Shown: positions 1 to 14,800 of the stretch, one piece after another
Numbering within the stretch: position 1 is the first letter of the stretch
How the letters are laid out: the number at the start of each line of letters is the position of its first letter
Assembly (NCBI GenBank): GCA_964187785.1
Contig: OZ076409.1
Location: forward strand, 25,174,001-25,238,000
DNA length: 64,000 nucleotides
From: Amphiscolops sp. MND2022
Lineage: Eukaryota
Direction: 5' to 3'
The notes under the pieces: model-generated
Database searches by the model: none
Seen by the model: the letters and a program-made list of their open reading frames with translations, nothing else
What the model was told of the DNA's origin: nothing
Position numbers and translations under genes: made by a program

Positions 1-2236
1 TTTTCTGAGCCTAAAGGGTCACTCTTTTGGGAATTTTGGTACTGTGTGACTTTTTTCGAACCAAAACGTTACGCAAAAAAATTACAATATCGGATTTCTG
101 TGATTTTTTTTATATAAGCAACGATTTTTTAACCCTGAAAGCTTCACCCTTGGAAATTTTCAGTTGTAACCGTAGAGGAAAAATATCGCAGTGACTCTGC
201 GCCTCTTGTATTTCTCACGTTCCAGCGAAACTTCAGTGATCAGCTTGTATCAGCTAGTATCTATTGAAAGTCGCGTACGTTTCCTATACTTAATTTCCTA
301 TGAAAAAGGATGCCAAACAGCTAACTGTCTCGTCGGACGGTTCACAAAAAGAACCGTCATTGCATAAAATTCCCATTTTTTTGTTTTTGGAGCTATTCAG
401 GGCGTTTTTATTGAAATTCTCCGTCGAAATTTTGCCATTTAACTCTCTGGTTATTTATACTCGAGAAGTTGAATTTACTGAAAATTGTCAAGAGTTTTTC
501 ATTAATAACGATGGTCGCCAAAAATTTCAACAATTTTGTTGTTATGCTGCTTTATAGCACGTTTGAAAAGGTTCAGATATCTCCGGAAACCCATAGGCTA
601 CCTAAAACGTTGGCACACTTTAATTCTGTGGAAGAATCTCTCTCTTCTGAGTAAAAATTGAAAATGGCATAATTCAAGAAAAATCGCGGCTAAGAGGTTA
701 ATTCTCTTCTCCTATTTGGAACATGAGCGGAAATTTAACAAGAGTCGATCAATTTTTAATTGCATCGTTTAATGGGTTTTTGGGCTAATTTGAGTGTGAT
801 ATTCTCTGAGAAGGAAGTGGATTTCAGAGGGAAGCAATCATCATAATCACAAAAACTTGACCGAAAATGGAATGACAGCAAGAATTTCACTTAGCTGACT
901 AGCAACAAGAAAGTGCATTAATACCGCAGTTTTATTGGATATCGTAATAAAAGAAAACGGGTGAGATCGAACACAGGCTAACGGTAATGAAAGACGGAAC
1001 AATTCGAAAGGATGATTTTGCATTTGTATGAATAATTTCTGTTGCTGTTGCCTGTGGGAACGTATTTAGCACTTTTAGTTTTTTTGGAGTTTTACAATTG
1101 CATCTATTTTCTTTCTGATGGAAATCAAGTCAGAGAAAATAAAAGTGCAACTCTAAGAATTTGTTTTAAAAAGGCGTTTCTATGAGGTATACTCCAGAAA
1201 TTGCTGAGTAAATCCGAGGAAAAAAGGGAAATTATTGAGATGATCGCGGTACTTTTTTTCGGTCTCTTGACACATTGTTGTTTTTGCTATTCATCACGGA
1301 CGAGAGATTAACCCTTTTTTTAAGTATAGTAGACACAACTGAGATTAAGCGATAAAGTTTGATACTATTCGTGCCAAGAAATGATCACTTGAACAAGAGT
1401 TGAAAGAGGTGCCATGTTTAACATTCCAATTGATCTACGCAATAATACATGATATCATCCCTTTTTTCGTCACTACAAATCAATGGTGACGCAAATTTTT
1501 GCAATATATTTATTAATTTATATTATAGTTGATAATGAGCCGACTACAAGTATCGAGAATTTTTTCACAATCGCGATCTACAAGAAGGCAACGGAAGAAG
1601 CTCAGTGCTAGTGAATTTCGTAACACATTAAGACACTTGCTGCAAAATGGAATGAATTACAATATTTTTCAATTGTATCTGCTTCAAAGCAACTCATAAA
1701 ACCCAGAAGCCAAATTATAGTCAAAAAAGAAAGAGCAAGAGGCGTGAATAAAATGCTTTGATCTTATTATCACAAAAATTAAAAGTCGGATTACCAAGAC
1801 TTACGGCATTCTTTCCAGGTAACTGTGCTGTAATTTACTTTTTCGTTCTTTTCTGACATTTCTCGACTAAATTTTTCCAATGGAATTTCCCATTAGAAAA
1901 GTAACCAGAATGAACCTTCTTTGAAATTAAGCAAAAAAGCACTGGTTGTCAGGGGAATGGAAGATGCGGACATATCGCGTCATTTTTGGAGAGCTTTTTT
2001 CCGCCGTCTTGAAAATTGTGCAGTTTCTGCTAATGCTACCTGTCATTATCGGACTTTTCCATCGAGCGAAAATTCCGCCTGGGGATATTCATTGAACGGT
2101 CTTCTAAAGTGAAATTGAAATTAGATGGCTCCCTTGCCAAGTCATGAACCTGATAATTTGAGGGTATCTTACTTTCAGACCTCTTTGAGTTCAATTATTG
2201 AAACTTTGAACTGTAAAAACATTTTTACCATATCTA

Positions 2237-3948
2237 CACTATGGTATCAAAAAGCTACGTACTCCAACATTTTTTTCACAAAAAAACACAGAACAGAGTA
2301 AAATTTAAAACAACTGTTGAAACAAATAATAAATCAATATCCCGTCAAACTACCATGGTTTTTGATTACCTTCACCAGACGATTCTCATACGATGAGTAC
2401 AAGTTGCGAACAACATCATGGTTTATGTTGTTCCACACTTCCATAACCTTTTCTAAATTCTCCCAGGTAACAATCTGACCTCGCAAGCTTTTTAAACAAA
2501 TGGCCCAAATATTTTCAATAGGATGCAGGTCAGGACTAAGCTGGCCAATCCAGCACCTCCCATTGTTTTTGGGCCAAAAAATTGCGAACAACTTCACTTT
2601 TGTGTACTGGGGCGTTGTCTTGCTGGAACGCCAAATCCGGTATATTCAAATGTCGATCGTATTGCTTTAAAATCTCCAAATATCCGTAACTGTTGAGTGT
2701 TGCGGGACATTTGATTAGCATTTTCCTACCATCTGATCTGAAGGCCCCCCAAAACATCATAGATCTTTTTCCGTGCGTATTCCTTGGGTGTTTTTGGGGC
2801 AAAAGCGACGACCAGTTTTCCTGAACACCCGCACAACGCCATCATTATTCAAGCGCACACGGGTTCCGTCTGAGAATACGACGTTTTCCCAGAAGCCTAG
2901 TTTCCATCCAGCCAAATTTCAGAACAAAAAGCAAAAGTTCGAGTGAAACAAAAACAACTCTCTTCAAGTTTACAATACCACCCAAATCTGACCAGCGAAA
3001 ATGCATCTAAGGTAGTGCAGAAGGTCCCCCTCTCTTTTTCTCTCTTTTTTAACGTAACATACGAAACCGAACGAGACTAAAAGGTCCCCTTTCAAACTTT
3101 ATGATCTTTTGGTGTTTTGAGGTTTTTTGTCTTTTCATAAAAGTCCTGAGCAGAGTTTCAATACTTTGCGCTTTTTGAGCCTTAGGTTCAGCGCCGACTT
3201 TAGATGTTCTCGTCTTGTATCATTGAGAGCACCATCGAAAGCGCTATTAGTTCATTCTACGAAAGTGATTGATTTGATAAAAATTTTTATATCGTTTTGG
3301 TTTTTTCGGCACTTTGAGATTTTTCTCAAATATTTTTTCTTTCAAAAATTCCAAAACTGTTTCCCATTTTCGGTGGAAAATTGACGCTGGATAAAAACCA
3401 AGGGGTTTTTCCAACATTCTCGAGCACCAGCGTTTTCTGATCAGTCTTTGTTTTTTGTTCAAGTTGAACTTTTTTTGCGGCTTTTCTAGAAACAATTCCG
3501 TACTTCTTCAGGATTAGTACATTTAGAAACTGTATTTGTCGTTGAAAAAGAGTTTTGCAGTACTCTTACTCGTTCTAATGTTGTTTTTGGGCCTTTTTCC
3601 ACTCTTCGAACTATTAGTCTTTGCTCTTTTTCGCTGAGTTTTTCTGGCCGGCCTGCAGGTTTTTTCGCCACGTAAGAGTACGTTTTCAAAAAACGCTTAT
3701 AAACTGTTTGAGCTGTCGATCGAGATTGAAGACCCAACTTTTCTTTAGTTTCTTTGTATGATAAATCCATTTCGCGAAGTGTAACGATTTTGCAAACAAC
3801 GTATGAATCCAAAGGTTTGACCATTTTCAGCAATGTTTAATTCAAGAGTGATTGATTTCACTTCCGGTTGATAATGAAAATGAAAAGTTCTTCACAAACT
3901 GAATAAGATTTAATTTTCAGCTGTACGTCGCTTTTTGCAACCATAGTG
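2237..3948 (-). mobile_element. Tc1/mariner transposon, degenerate, interrupted by a ~0.5-kb insertion (~2906-3393)
   Basis: Imperfect ~25-bp TIRs (CACTATGGTnnCAAAAAGCnACGTAC) with TA on both sides; frameshifted transposase pieces: HTH/GRP N-terminus, WENVVFSDG, MFWGAF, FQQDNAPVH, SPDLHPIENIW. Confidence 0.9.
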
Positions 3949-4335
3949 TATCATATTTTCATGGTTGAAAAGTGCTGTCTCTAAGTGCAGCTGAGTTTTT
4001 AATTGGGTAAGCAAATAATAGTTTACAAAAACAGCCATGTATTTTTAACTGCCTTCTAAATTTGAATATCGATCCGATATATTATAAAAAACACTTTCAA
4101 ACAGCAATTTCTGAAGTTGATTTCAGGGAACTCGTAATCCTAAAAAATATATGAAAAATTGTTAATTTCATTCCAAAAGTGAAGCTTTTTTTATCGTTTC
4201 TCACGTGAGTCTGCCCGTTACATAGATCACTAAAAAGTTCGTCGTCGGAATAGCTTTTGTCCTCAATGGTTTCGTAATATACATTCTTTCTACGCATATT
4301 TGAAGTTTTCTTAAACTTTCAAACAATTGTTTGAA

Positions 4336-4587
4336 CCCAGCGTTTGACATCTTGAATATCTTGCCGAGATCTTAGGAAAATCTTGCATTCTTGAATATCT
4401 TGGGAAGATCTTAGGTTTCATCTTGGATATCTTGAAAAGATCTTGGATTCTATCTTGGATTTCTTCGAAGATCTTGCCAGAGCTTGCAAGATCTTGAAAG
4501 ATCATGCAAGATCTTTGCAAGATCATGGAAGATCTGGAAAGAGCTTGGCAAGATCTTGGGAAGATATTCGAGATGTCGAACGCTGGG
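4336..4587. mobile_element. CACTA/EnSpm-like MITE with AAGATCTT internal repeats
   Basis: ~27-bp TIR CCCAGCGTTYGACATCTYGAATATCTT; AA on both flanks; interior built from AAGATCTTG motifs. Confidence 0.65.
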
Positions 4588-4879
4588 AAGGTATGTTGCT
4601 GGAAAAGGTTGAGGGTGGAAAATATTCCGTTGCTCAGCAAGCGTCTTAATGAGGTAATTGAAGTTTGCTCTGAATGTTGATGTCAAATAGAAGTTTGTTC
4701 TCAAGATTTCATTTCAATATCTAAATAATTGAATACTTGAATTGGTTTCTATCAGAACAGAACAGAAGCGATTTCAGCAAAAAAAATCAAAAAAATAACT
4801 ATGAAAGAAAAAACATTGAAGAAACTTTCATTTCAATCATTTTTAAAATTCAATGCACCTTTATTAGTGACGACTCATA

Positions 4880-5003
4880 TACTGATTTTTTACTTCAGAT
4901 CATAGATCTCACACTGATCGCTCCACTTTTTACAGAAACTTAGTTTCTGTAAAAAGTGGAGCGATCAGTGTGAGGTCTATGATCTGAAGAAAAAAGTCAG
5001 TAT
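4880..5003. repeat. ~120-bp hairpin
   Basis: Near-perfect inverted arms around a 1-nt centre at 4941. Confidence 0.9.
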
Positions 5004-5008
5004 ATGAG

Positions 5009-5603
5009 TTTTAAAAAAATCGTATTTTTTTCTTTCGGAAAATGTCGCATAGTGCCAAAAAATGTAAATCCTTTGGGATTTATAATGACATACATTCTAT
5101 TGCGAAATTTGAAAAAACTCGAAGGGGGCCTTTTGAGGCATAAAAAAAATTTCGAAAAAAGCCGAACAGTGCCGAAAAAAAAATCCAAAGGGGGACCCTT
5201 TAGTCTTGTCCGGTTTTGTAGTTTACGTTAAAAGAGTAAAAAAGGAAATGGGGGACCTTTTGCACTAAGTTTGCATTGGCCGGATTTGGTCTGAGTAGTT
5301 TTAGTATACTAAAACTACTCAGACCAAATCCGGCCAATGCAAACTTAGTGCAAAAGGTCCCCCATTTCCTTTTTTACTCTTTTAACGTAAACTACAAAAC
5401 CGGACAAGACTAAAGGGTCCCCCTTTGGATTTTTTTTCGGCACTGTTCGGCTTTTTTCGAAATTTTTTTTATGCCTCAAAAGGCCCCCTTCGAGTTTTTT
5501 CAAATTTCGCAATAGAATGTATGTCATTATAAATCCCAAAGGATTTACATTTTTTGGCACTATGCGACATTTTCCGAAAGAAAAAAATACGATTTTTTTA
5601 AAA
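5009..5603. repeat. ~595-bp spacer-less palindrome of dispersed-repeat sequence
   Basis: Centre TAGTA|TACTA at 5306/5307; arms match except for one homopolymer length; ORF track shows mirror peptides on both strands. Confidence 0.92.
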
Positions 5604-7869
5604 TGTTTTTTTTGTTCCCAGTTGGGGAAAAAGTCATTTCCGAGTCTTATCTAGCATGAAAGGGACCCTTAGGGTGTCTCGAAACTGTTTTCTGAGCTTT
5701 TCATAAATACGTCCTGGGCATATTTTAAAAACGTTCTGGGCAATCGTTTCTTATATCATTCCTGTAGACGCTGTTAATTTTGACACTACGACCGAATTTT
5801 GTGACGACAAAACTTGGGGCGATCAAAATTTTTGACAACAAATCTTCTGACACAATGATTGGTTTCACAATGAATTATGGTTTCGTGTATCGGTAATGAT
5901 GTGCCTTGACTTGCCTTCGCTAGCTTTTCAAAGAGCATTTCAAGAAGCAAGCAAAGTCGGAATATAAGTTAGACAATACTTAGAAGCAAGCCAAGAACGG
6001 CCCCAGCCGACGTCCGACTCAAGACTCAAAAAAACGTTACAGTCCTTCAAATTAGCCGGGAAATATTTTACTTAAAAGCGAAAAATCCGACGATAACAAC
6101 AGAAGTCTACAAACGAAACTTTTTTCTCGGGTTCTTCTTCCGGGTGTTTGCAAAATCAAAGTACTGAAATGGGGGAGTTTCACAGCAACTGACAAAATAT
6201 CGAAAAAAGTCACGCTGTTCCAAAAAATGCCAAATGTGATGGTCTTAATTCCGAAGGCATTTCGAAAAATAAGAAACAAAATGATTTTGCGGTATTATTC
6301 GAAATCTGATCAAAAAAGTTTACAGAATGAGATATCTGCTCACTGTAACAAAAGTTTGAGATTGTAACGAGAGAAAGAAACAACAGCAACAGGTTTGGAG
6401 GCTAGTTCTTCGATATATGATGATATGATTCCACTCTTGAGATAATGACCAGAAGGATACGAAGTTGCTATAAAGCTCTTTCTCAAAGATTTTATTGCAA
6501 AAGAATTCTATCACGCACATTTTTTGTCATTAAAAACCACTAACATGCGTTTTTTGCTCGCTTGGAAAACATCATCTGTCGCATTTGACATGAATGCTTC
6601 AATATCGCGTTTTCGACAAGCTTTTTTTGGCGAAAAACCTACTAAACAAACACTTTGTAGCTATCGGCAATGTATAATTCAATTTGAGTAGGATTTTGAA
6701 CTTTTAATTAAATTAATTCGGGCGTTTTCAGTATCAGTTAGCTCTTCGGACAACTTCGGCATTTGCGTTTAAAGTAATATCTGCTAAAACTGTGCTCTGT
6801 ATATCTTCTTGTTTGTACATCGTTTCGGAGAAAAAAAGAAATCCGCTGAATATGGTGAACTTCCAAAAACTTTAGATGGACAACGCCAATCAACAACCAA
6901 AAATGGTAAAGGTGGGAAATGAAATTCAAGATGCTGAAAAATTAACAATGACCGCATTGTCATGACAAACTATTGATGATCGAGCTAGATCATCAATCAT
7001 CTGGATCATCTAACGTGCATCAAACGAGGAAATTGAAACATTATTTGATTAGAGTTCGTAGTTAGTCGATATCGATAACTATTCGTATGAGTTTCAAGAA
7101 AGTGCGGCGGTTAGTACAGTTCAGTTGATAAAACAAAATATTCAAGAGCACTGTAATGTAGAAATTGATATCGGTCTGGCAGAAATCGTACTGAACCAAT
7201 TGGGTCACCTTGGTAAAATTGTCAAATTGACTAAAATAGCACACATGTCATCCTGAATTATGGAAAGAGCTTGGAAGAATAAAAGGAAGATACAGAATCT
7301 ACGGTTTTTTACTCAAGAAAAAATAAAAAAATTTCAAAACGTTTTCATTGATTGGAATCTCTGTCGATAAGAGAACTTAAGTAATCGCATGTATCCAAAA
7401 ACTTTCATCGTCACAGTTTTTGTGAGAATACGCTAACACGGGCTTCATCAGTATAACTAATAAATTGGAAAAAACTGTGCTAAAATTTTTCAAAACAAGC
7501 GGTAATCAAGAAAAGGCTAAGAAAAGATTTTTCAGGAGATAGAGTACAACTTGCTCAATAATTATTCGAAATCTCGCACCGCAGAAGAAATAAAAAATGA
7601 AATCCACATTTCTCAAAGTTTCATTGCAGTGAAAAACTTAATTGAAAGTCATTACCTTAATGCTGAAAACAGACTCCGCTGATTGAATTTTGAATGTATC
7701 AGATACCGAATACAGGTCCATCGAAAATTCATAATCTGGTGTTTGTTAGAAGATTTATACCACCATTTGCTGCAACCAGCATCAGATTCAGTGAACATAT
7801 CGAGTAGTATGTAGTGAAGAAACTCAATACATTTTGTGGTCCTATTTATACAATACAGCATATGTACAC

Positions 7870-8260
7870 ATAGACGGTCTTCTGAGTTATGGATCAGCAA
7901 CAAATCAGACTTGGAAAAAATCGAATCTGCTCAACGGGAAACTATTCGAGCAATATTTTTCCTCTGCAAGAGATTTAACAACGTAACAAAACTTTAACTG
8001 TTTTCGATCTCTTCATTGTGGAGAACGTGAAAGAAATTTTTCGACAACTACAGCAAAATGGCGAATTACAAAAAATAGTTTGATATGCCTTCTCAAAATG
8101 CGTACTGTACCAGGTGGCACAAAAAAAGCTCTTCGCAATTGGGTATCGTAGAACAATCATCCAACGGAAATTTTTGAGTAATTTTCTACAGAAAACTTCC
8201 AACTGGCTGACAGAAGCCACTTTACTGCTCTGCAACCTAAAGGAACTCAGCCGAACTTAG
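7870..8260 (+). pseudogene. Degenerate LINE ORF2 C-terminal remnant
   Basis: Broken frame ..YGS..DLEKIESAQRETIRAIFF.., resembling the post-RT region of the LINE at 12-16 kb. Confidence 0.45.
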
Positions 8261-9695
8261 GCTTGATACCAGAAATAACAAGCGTTTTCACTGCTGATAA
8301 TAAAAATCTCTTTCTCTTTGTTTCGAAATGTCTGAAACTTAATTTTGAAAGTTTTAACGTTCCTCGCTATTATAGTTTTGAATATTGGTCGACAAATTTT
8401 AAGTTTCAGATTTGCACATGTTTCATTATTCCTAATTGGTTCTCTTCGGGCGGTGACTTGACGAGTTTTGATAACTATTTTCCCGTCCAGATTGGACTGT
8501 TATTTCCTCTTAATGTAAAAGTTGTTGTTCTCCTTCCCAATCAAATAAACTTTTTTCTTCTGTCCAACCATATAGGTGAAATCTTTGGAATTGAGAAAAA
8601 ACCACCGTATTGAAAGTCCAGGATTACTACACTAGTTCCAAAAAGCTAAAGACACTAGCTTTGGCTAAGAAAGTATTTCAAAGTGCAATATGTTTTAAAA
8701 TATTCTTCCAAAAAAATCTAAAGGACAGAAATCAAAGATGAAACTGTATTTTCTGTTTCAAAATTCGAATGGAATTTCAAAATGTTATAGTACCGTATTT
8801 TGAGGAAACTTCGATTTTTTTGAACTTTATCACGCAATATCTCAAAACGTGCTGGTCACACGAATAACTTGACACCGTTGTCTAAAGATCTTTTTGAACA
8901 CTTTTTCTCGAAAAGTTTTCCTGGAAAATTAACAGCCGAAAAACAGTTGTAATTCCGTCAAAGCAATGATTTTTCTGAGTAAAAATGAAGTTGTTTGCAT
9001 TCTGTGATCATTTTGCGCTATAAGTTTTTAATGGCGTTTTTAGAAAGGGTAATAAAATTAAAAGTTAGACTTCGGAATCAAAGGTTATTATTTTGCTGCA
9101 ACCATTTTTGTTACGAGCAGATGTTGCTGAGATATTGCATCATAAGTTTCAGAAATGCCAAAAGTAAAAAATAAATGAAGTTTTGTAACATTTAAAAAAT
9201 TTTGTTCGATTTCAAAACAAAAAAATGCAACTGTAATTCTGATCCAAATTTGAGAAAATTTTGCTCCTGTGATTTTTGTGTCAGTAGAATAAGTAATTTT
9301 GTTGTGGTTTTTCTAGTCGAAATTGAGTGTCTTCATTTATTTGGTATTATAGTGTATTTTCAATATGGCCAAAAATTTAGCTCGATTTGATTATAATGCC
9401 GAAGTCACTGATGCAAGCATGGTGTTAAGAAACTTCATATGATACTCAGAGTTGATTGACTACGTTATGCTATTATGCCTTCTATGGAACCAAAGTGACT
9501 TTAGAACCATATATAGCTCAGACTATGTTCAGTCTGTAACCATAAACGTGTATGATTAGTCTATTATCAGTCTGGCGTTATACAGGTTTTATGGTGACAG
9601 ACTGAGATCAGCCTGCAATCATACTGCATTAATTTTATGACAGGCTATGATCTGCATGTTTTTGTATGCGAAAGAAACTCGGGATGAATAAACGC

Positions 9696-9965
9696 TGGTG
9701 TCGAAAATGTGGAGCAACTTTTAGCGTCATCCGAGCCTAGGACGTTATAATTCAGCCAAAATTAGTTGCAAGAAAGGTTGTTTCCGAGGCTTGAATAATT
9801 CATTTTCTTATTTCATCACTATTGTTTTAAGCATCACAATTTAACCCACTTTTTATTCAAGCATCGGAAACAACCTTTTTGAAGTCTTGCAGCTAATTTT
9901 GGCTGAATTATAACGTCCTTGGCTCGGATGACGCTGAAAGTCGCTCCACATGTATTTTGGCACCT
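9696..9965. mobile_element. Fold-back MITE
   Basis: ~100-bp inverted arms (GGAGCRAC..CATCCGAGCC..TTATAATTCAGCCAAAATTAG) around a short AT-rich spacer. Confidence 0.75.
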
Positions 9966-11816
9966 ACTTACTGTATGAAATCATCTAATAATATGACCCT
10001 ACATAAAACAAAGCTAATGTTTATCATGCAATTAAAATCTCCACCCATAATTAGGTCATGACAACAATTCAGGCATACGTAATTACATCAGCTAATACGT
10101 TATTACGGTTTCCTTCTTGAAAATATGAAATAGCCGAAATTTTTTTCATTAAAAACTAAACTCTAGTTAATGTTTAGAAAGCATGAGACTGCGAAACTCA
10201 GACATGGACAATTACAACCAGTGGGGTTCTGAACAACGTCTGGGGGAAGATGGAAATCGCTTCGACTTCAAGCGTCGCTTCAGCGCTTTCGACAGATACA
10301 ACCAGAGATTCTCTTGAATCCTCCCCTTTCAAAAGATTTAGATGGGCACTGTTGGGGGAATAGGACTGCACGCGCGGATCCAGTTGCTGCAAAACTGAGT
10401 TCTCTTAGAGTAGGTTGTGCGTGAAACTCGAAGATGCTCATACTTTGAATTGTTTGTGGCAATTTGAAAATTTTCAGATAATTTTTCTGGATTGAGTTGA
10501 GGCGAGTGAGCATGAGATGAACTTCATGAACTTTTCAAATGTTTTTGAAGGTTGGCAATCACTTTTATTCAATCACATTTATGCAATCACATCCGTTTTC
10601 ATTTCATCAAGTTTCCACAGAACGTTGCATTAATTAAAATAACCCTCTTGTACTTGAATCGTATCAAATAACCAGAAAAATTCATGCAAAATTAGGCCGC
10701 AATTTGAAATCATGAAAATTTGCGATTCAATATGTTAGCTCTATTTTTACATACCGCGGAAAATTCAAAATTTCTGCTATTGTGATGCACAGTAACCTCC
10801 GTCACGTTATAAACTGCGTGGAAAAACAGGTTTCTTCGATGCGCGGTTTGAGAGACGTTGATTGCATCAGAGGAGTGGTTGGTAAACAACGCGATCGTGA
10901 CACGGAGAAGGAAGTTTTTATTGCAATAGTTTACACTTGATTTACCAGGTACAAAATTTTACCACGCCTGCAGGCCTGCAACACAAAACATTCACGATTA
11001 GGGTAGCTCATTTAATCACAAAAAATAAACAAAAATATCAGAAGTTATGCAGTTTTGTTTGCGGAGAGATTTGTAACTTTAGAATGAGTCTTGAAAAATG
11101 CATTTATCGCTGGCATTTCGTCAGATACTTACTTTTGAGGCGTTTCTTGAAAGATTGTAAAAGTAAATCCACTTTGTGCAGAAATTCCACTGGGAAATAG
11201 TTAGAAGGCAACCAAAAATTCACGCACACCTACTATTCGATAAAAGGTAGCACAAAACGAGGACATGTAAGTTGGTTCTAGCAGGGTAAAGACCAAGCTG
11301 ATTGAGTGAGAAAAATTCAAAACTAACATTTGGAATTTTTGTTAAATTCAAAGTTTAACGTGAAATTTGGTGCCATTTTGAAGTTTGCAAACAATGTAAC
11401 GTTGTAGGTTGTAACATTGGGCTCCATGAAGAGCATCGCTACTGATAAAATATACTTTCGGAAAAATCTATATCAAAAAACAGTTGTTTCACACTGGCCG
11501 ATCTGTTCAAAAACTTTGTGATAAAGAACTGCAAACCTGGCGTCTCGTGTTTACCGCTCTGAATGAAGAAATTGCTATGCGTAAACTTTTGTCGGCCTAC
11601 TATAGAATTTTCCGAGTCTTTTTAATCGAACGTTTTCCTCACACCATCTCGAAAGGAACCCAGTACGTAAACTCGTGGAACTTTTGACTAGGACTTGCAT
11701 AACCTTCAACCTTCACCGAAAGTTTTAGCCAGATACTTAGGAGGAAAATTTCTCAAGGTTTCCTTGATTAACATTTTCTCTCAAGTTTTCAAGAAGTATG
11801 AGAAGTATTTTCTCAA

Positions 11817-14800
11817 TTATAATAATAATAATAATAATTGAATTTATCAGGGTGCGCTGTATATATAAGTGTCATAGAAAATTATAAACATAAAAGTGCA
11901 AACATAAAATAATTTAGCCCCTGAAAAGGCTTCCTATAAGCGCTTAGGCTTTTCAAGAGGAAACCTTTTGAAATGAATTTTTTTGTGTTTTTTCAGTTTT
12001 TTTCTTTTTTTTTGTGTGTGTGTGTGGTAGAGATTTGACACTTAATTAACCGTTTCAATCTATCCAGCTGAAAAAATTCTAATTGCATATAAGATCAATC
12101 AACCATTTCCAAAAATGTAGAGATCTGCAATTTGGTGGTAGTAATTTTGAAAACAGTTTTCGTCCATTTCGCATATCAGTTCGTCTGTAAATAAAACACC
12201 CCACTTGCGCAATGCATTGATGAGTATGATTGCCCGAGAATCTAGCCTATCATTTTCTCCTGCGCGATTCCATATATTTAGACTACCATTTCTTGTTTGT
12301 CTATTTTGCGTTCCAATGCAAAGACTTTTGAAACTATTTCGTATCTGGTTAAGGGAAAATTTGAAGATTTCATAAACATGATACTCAAACACTGTTCTAA
12401 TTTTTAATTCGTTGAATTTTTCAGTAACACTAGTTCTGGTTGGAAGCCTTAAAGCTATCCTCATTAGTTTTTTTTGCAAAAAGAAAATTTTTAGCAATTT
12501 AGTTTTTGGGCCCAAGCCATACAGAAGCACGCCATACTGAACCAGAGGTGATATAAACGATCGAATATATTGTACTAACTGTTTTTCGTTCAACGTTGCC
12601 CTTAATTTGTACAAGATTCCGCTTTGTTGCGCCAATTTGGCAATAACATGATTATTGTGCTCTTGGAAGTTCAATTTCTTATCGAAATGTATACCCAAGT
12701 ATTTATAACTCTCACAAGAGGAAACTTCATGATCCCCAATAAAAATGTTCGGATACTTCACAGATTTCTTCTCAAAAACGACAAACTTTGTTTTCGTGTA
12801 ATTACAATCCAAGCGATTCATTTCTGTCCAATTTTGGAACAAAGTTTTATCATCAGACTTTGTATTTAGCTTTTCGATCATAACTGTATCATCCGCATAC
12901 TTTATTATTTTACTCTGCCATTTTTCATCGGCGCCCAAATCATTAATATAAACAAGAAACAAGAGAGGGCCAAGTATAGATCCCTGTGGGACTCCACGTT
13001 TTATTATTTCATGGATGAGCATTTATCCTCAATTTTCACATACTGACACCTATTCGTTAAGTAACTCGTTAGGAGTTTATGAGAACATTCTCTGATACCG
13101 ATTCGATTCAATTTATTCAACAGAACGCTGTGATCAATTGCATCGAAAGCTTTCCTGAAATCAATAAAAACAGAGTTCGTGTTAATTTTGGACCTCCAAT
13201 TTGCTTCTATTTCTTTAAAAAGTGATGTTGCGGCTTGGATAAAATCTTTCTTTTTTCTGAACCCATATTGATTTTCCGAAAGAATTCCAAATTTTTCAAA
13301 ATAGTTCATCAATCTTCTGTGTGTTATCTTCTCGAAGAGTTTTGATAAATTACCCAGAATAGAAATCGGCCTGTAATTGGAAGCTAAACTTGTTGCACCA
13401 GCTAATTGGTATTACTTTAGCAATTTTCATACGTTGAGGAAACACTCCTGCATATATGCAATTGTTGAAAGCAGTTTTTAGATAAGGACTAACAATTCGG
13501 GAAGCTTTCTTTAATACGGCGACCTCAATGCAATCCATGCCAACAGACTTTTTGTTTTGTAATATAGAAATGTGTTTCGAAACTTCATCTTCAGTAACTG
13601 GGCGCATAAATATTGATTGCGGTTGTTCAACCTGCTGACGTTTAAAACGATGAGTTAATATTGTGTCTGAGGTATCAGCAGCAGTTATGAAATAATTATT
13701 AAAATCTTCTGCAGATAAATCACATTTTGCTACTTGATTCAAAGTGCCTTTCACCTTTTTTATGTTTCTGAAAAGTTCTCTCGAATTATTGTGGTCAACT
13801 CTAGATTGAACTTCATTCCGCTTTGCGTTTTTAATTTCCATATTGATTCCATTTCTTTTTTTCCTGTACTTCTCGTAATCAACAGATGATTTTGTTTTTA
13901 ACCATAAATGATAATGTTTATCTCTGTTTGCTATGTGTCTCTTAATACGATTTGTCATCCAAGACTTTTTGGGTTCATGGCGTTTCACTTGCTTGGTTGG
14001 GAAATATTTATCAGTTGAATCTTTGATTACATGCGCGATCTCTTCTAGATATGATTCGGCATCTGAATCTTGTTCAATAATTTTACCCAGCGAATGATTC
14101 AAGAAAAAAAGAAATTTTTCACAGTAAAAAGAGTCTTCTAATTTCTTGAGTGATCGATATTCAAAGATGTTTTCCGCATTTTCATAAAAAATTTCGAAAG
14201 ACAGTTCTAAGCTGTAATGGTCGGAGAATGTTGTTTTTTTTTAAATCTGCGTTAGTTGCACCGGAATATTGCTGTATATGGAGTCCATGCAAGTACTAGA
14301 TGTAGCAGTTTCTCTTGTAGATTGTCGCAAGTTAACCAATTCCAACCCTTGTGCTGTCATCAAATTTTCTAACGTTATTCGTGCTGCAAGGTTTTCGTGC
14401 TAACGTTATTCGTGCTGCTGCGTTCAACAAATCAATATTAAAGTCTCCACAAGCTATCTGCATACCTTCACCATTTTTATCCAATACTTCTTCAACATGG
14501 TCCAGATACTGACTTCTATTCCTCGACGGTTCACAATAGAAACAAGAAACTATTATTTTCTTTTTCTTTATGAAGTCACTAATTTTTACAGATAATGACT
14601 CGTAGGCTTCATCCGTAAGAAGTAATTCAGCTTCCAGGTCCGATGTAACATAAATTGCTACACCTCCATCTCGTTTGCGGTTTCTGGTGCTAGCGAAAGG
14701 TCTTTGGTATCCTTCGAGACAACACAGTCCTGCTTCATTTTCGTTTTTCCACAAAGTTTCGGTTAATGCGATTACGGACGGCTTTGTTTGTGCAACCAAT

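Noticed and set aside
128..701. piggyBac-like MITE (TTAACCC..AGGTTAA)
   Set aside because: The ends match over too few bases to define a TIR pair.
1020..1790. Decayed transposase-like sequence
   Set aside because: Many stops; no motif I can assign with confidence.
4311..4704. Overlapping ORFs on both strands
   Set aside because: Produced by the repetitive palindromic MITE interior.
10198..10513. GC-richer, coding-looking segment
   Set aside because: No recognisable domain, no long frame with credible splice sites, and the laminin frame already ends at 29009.
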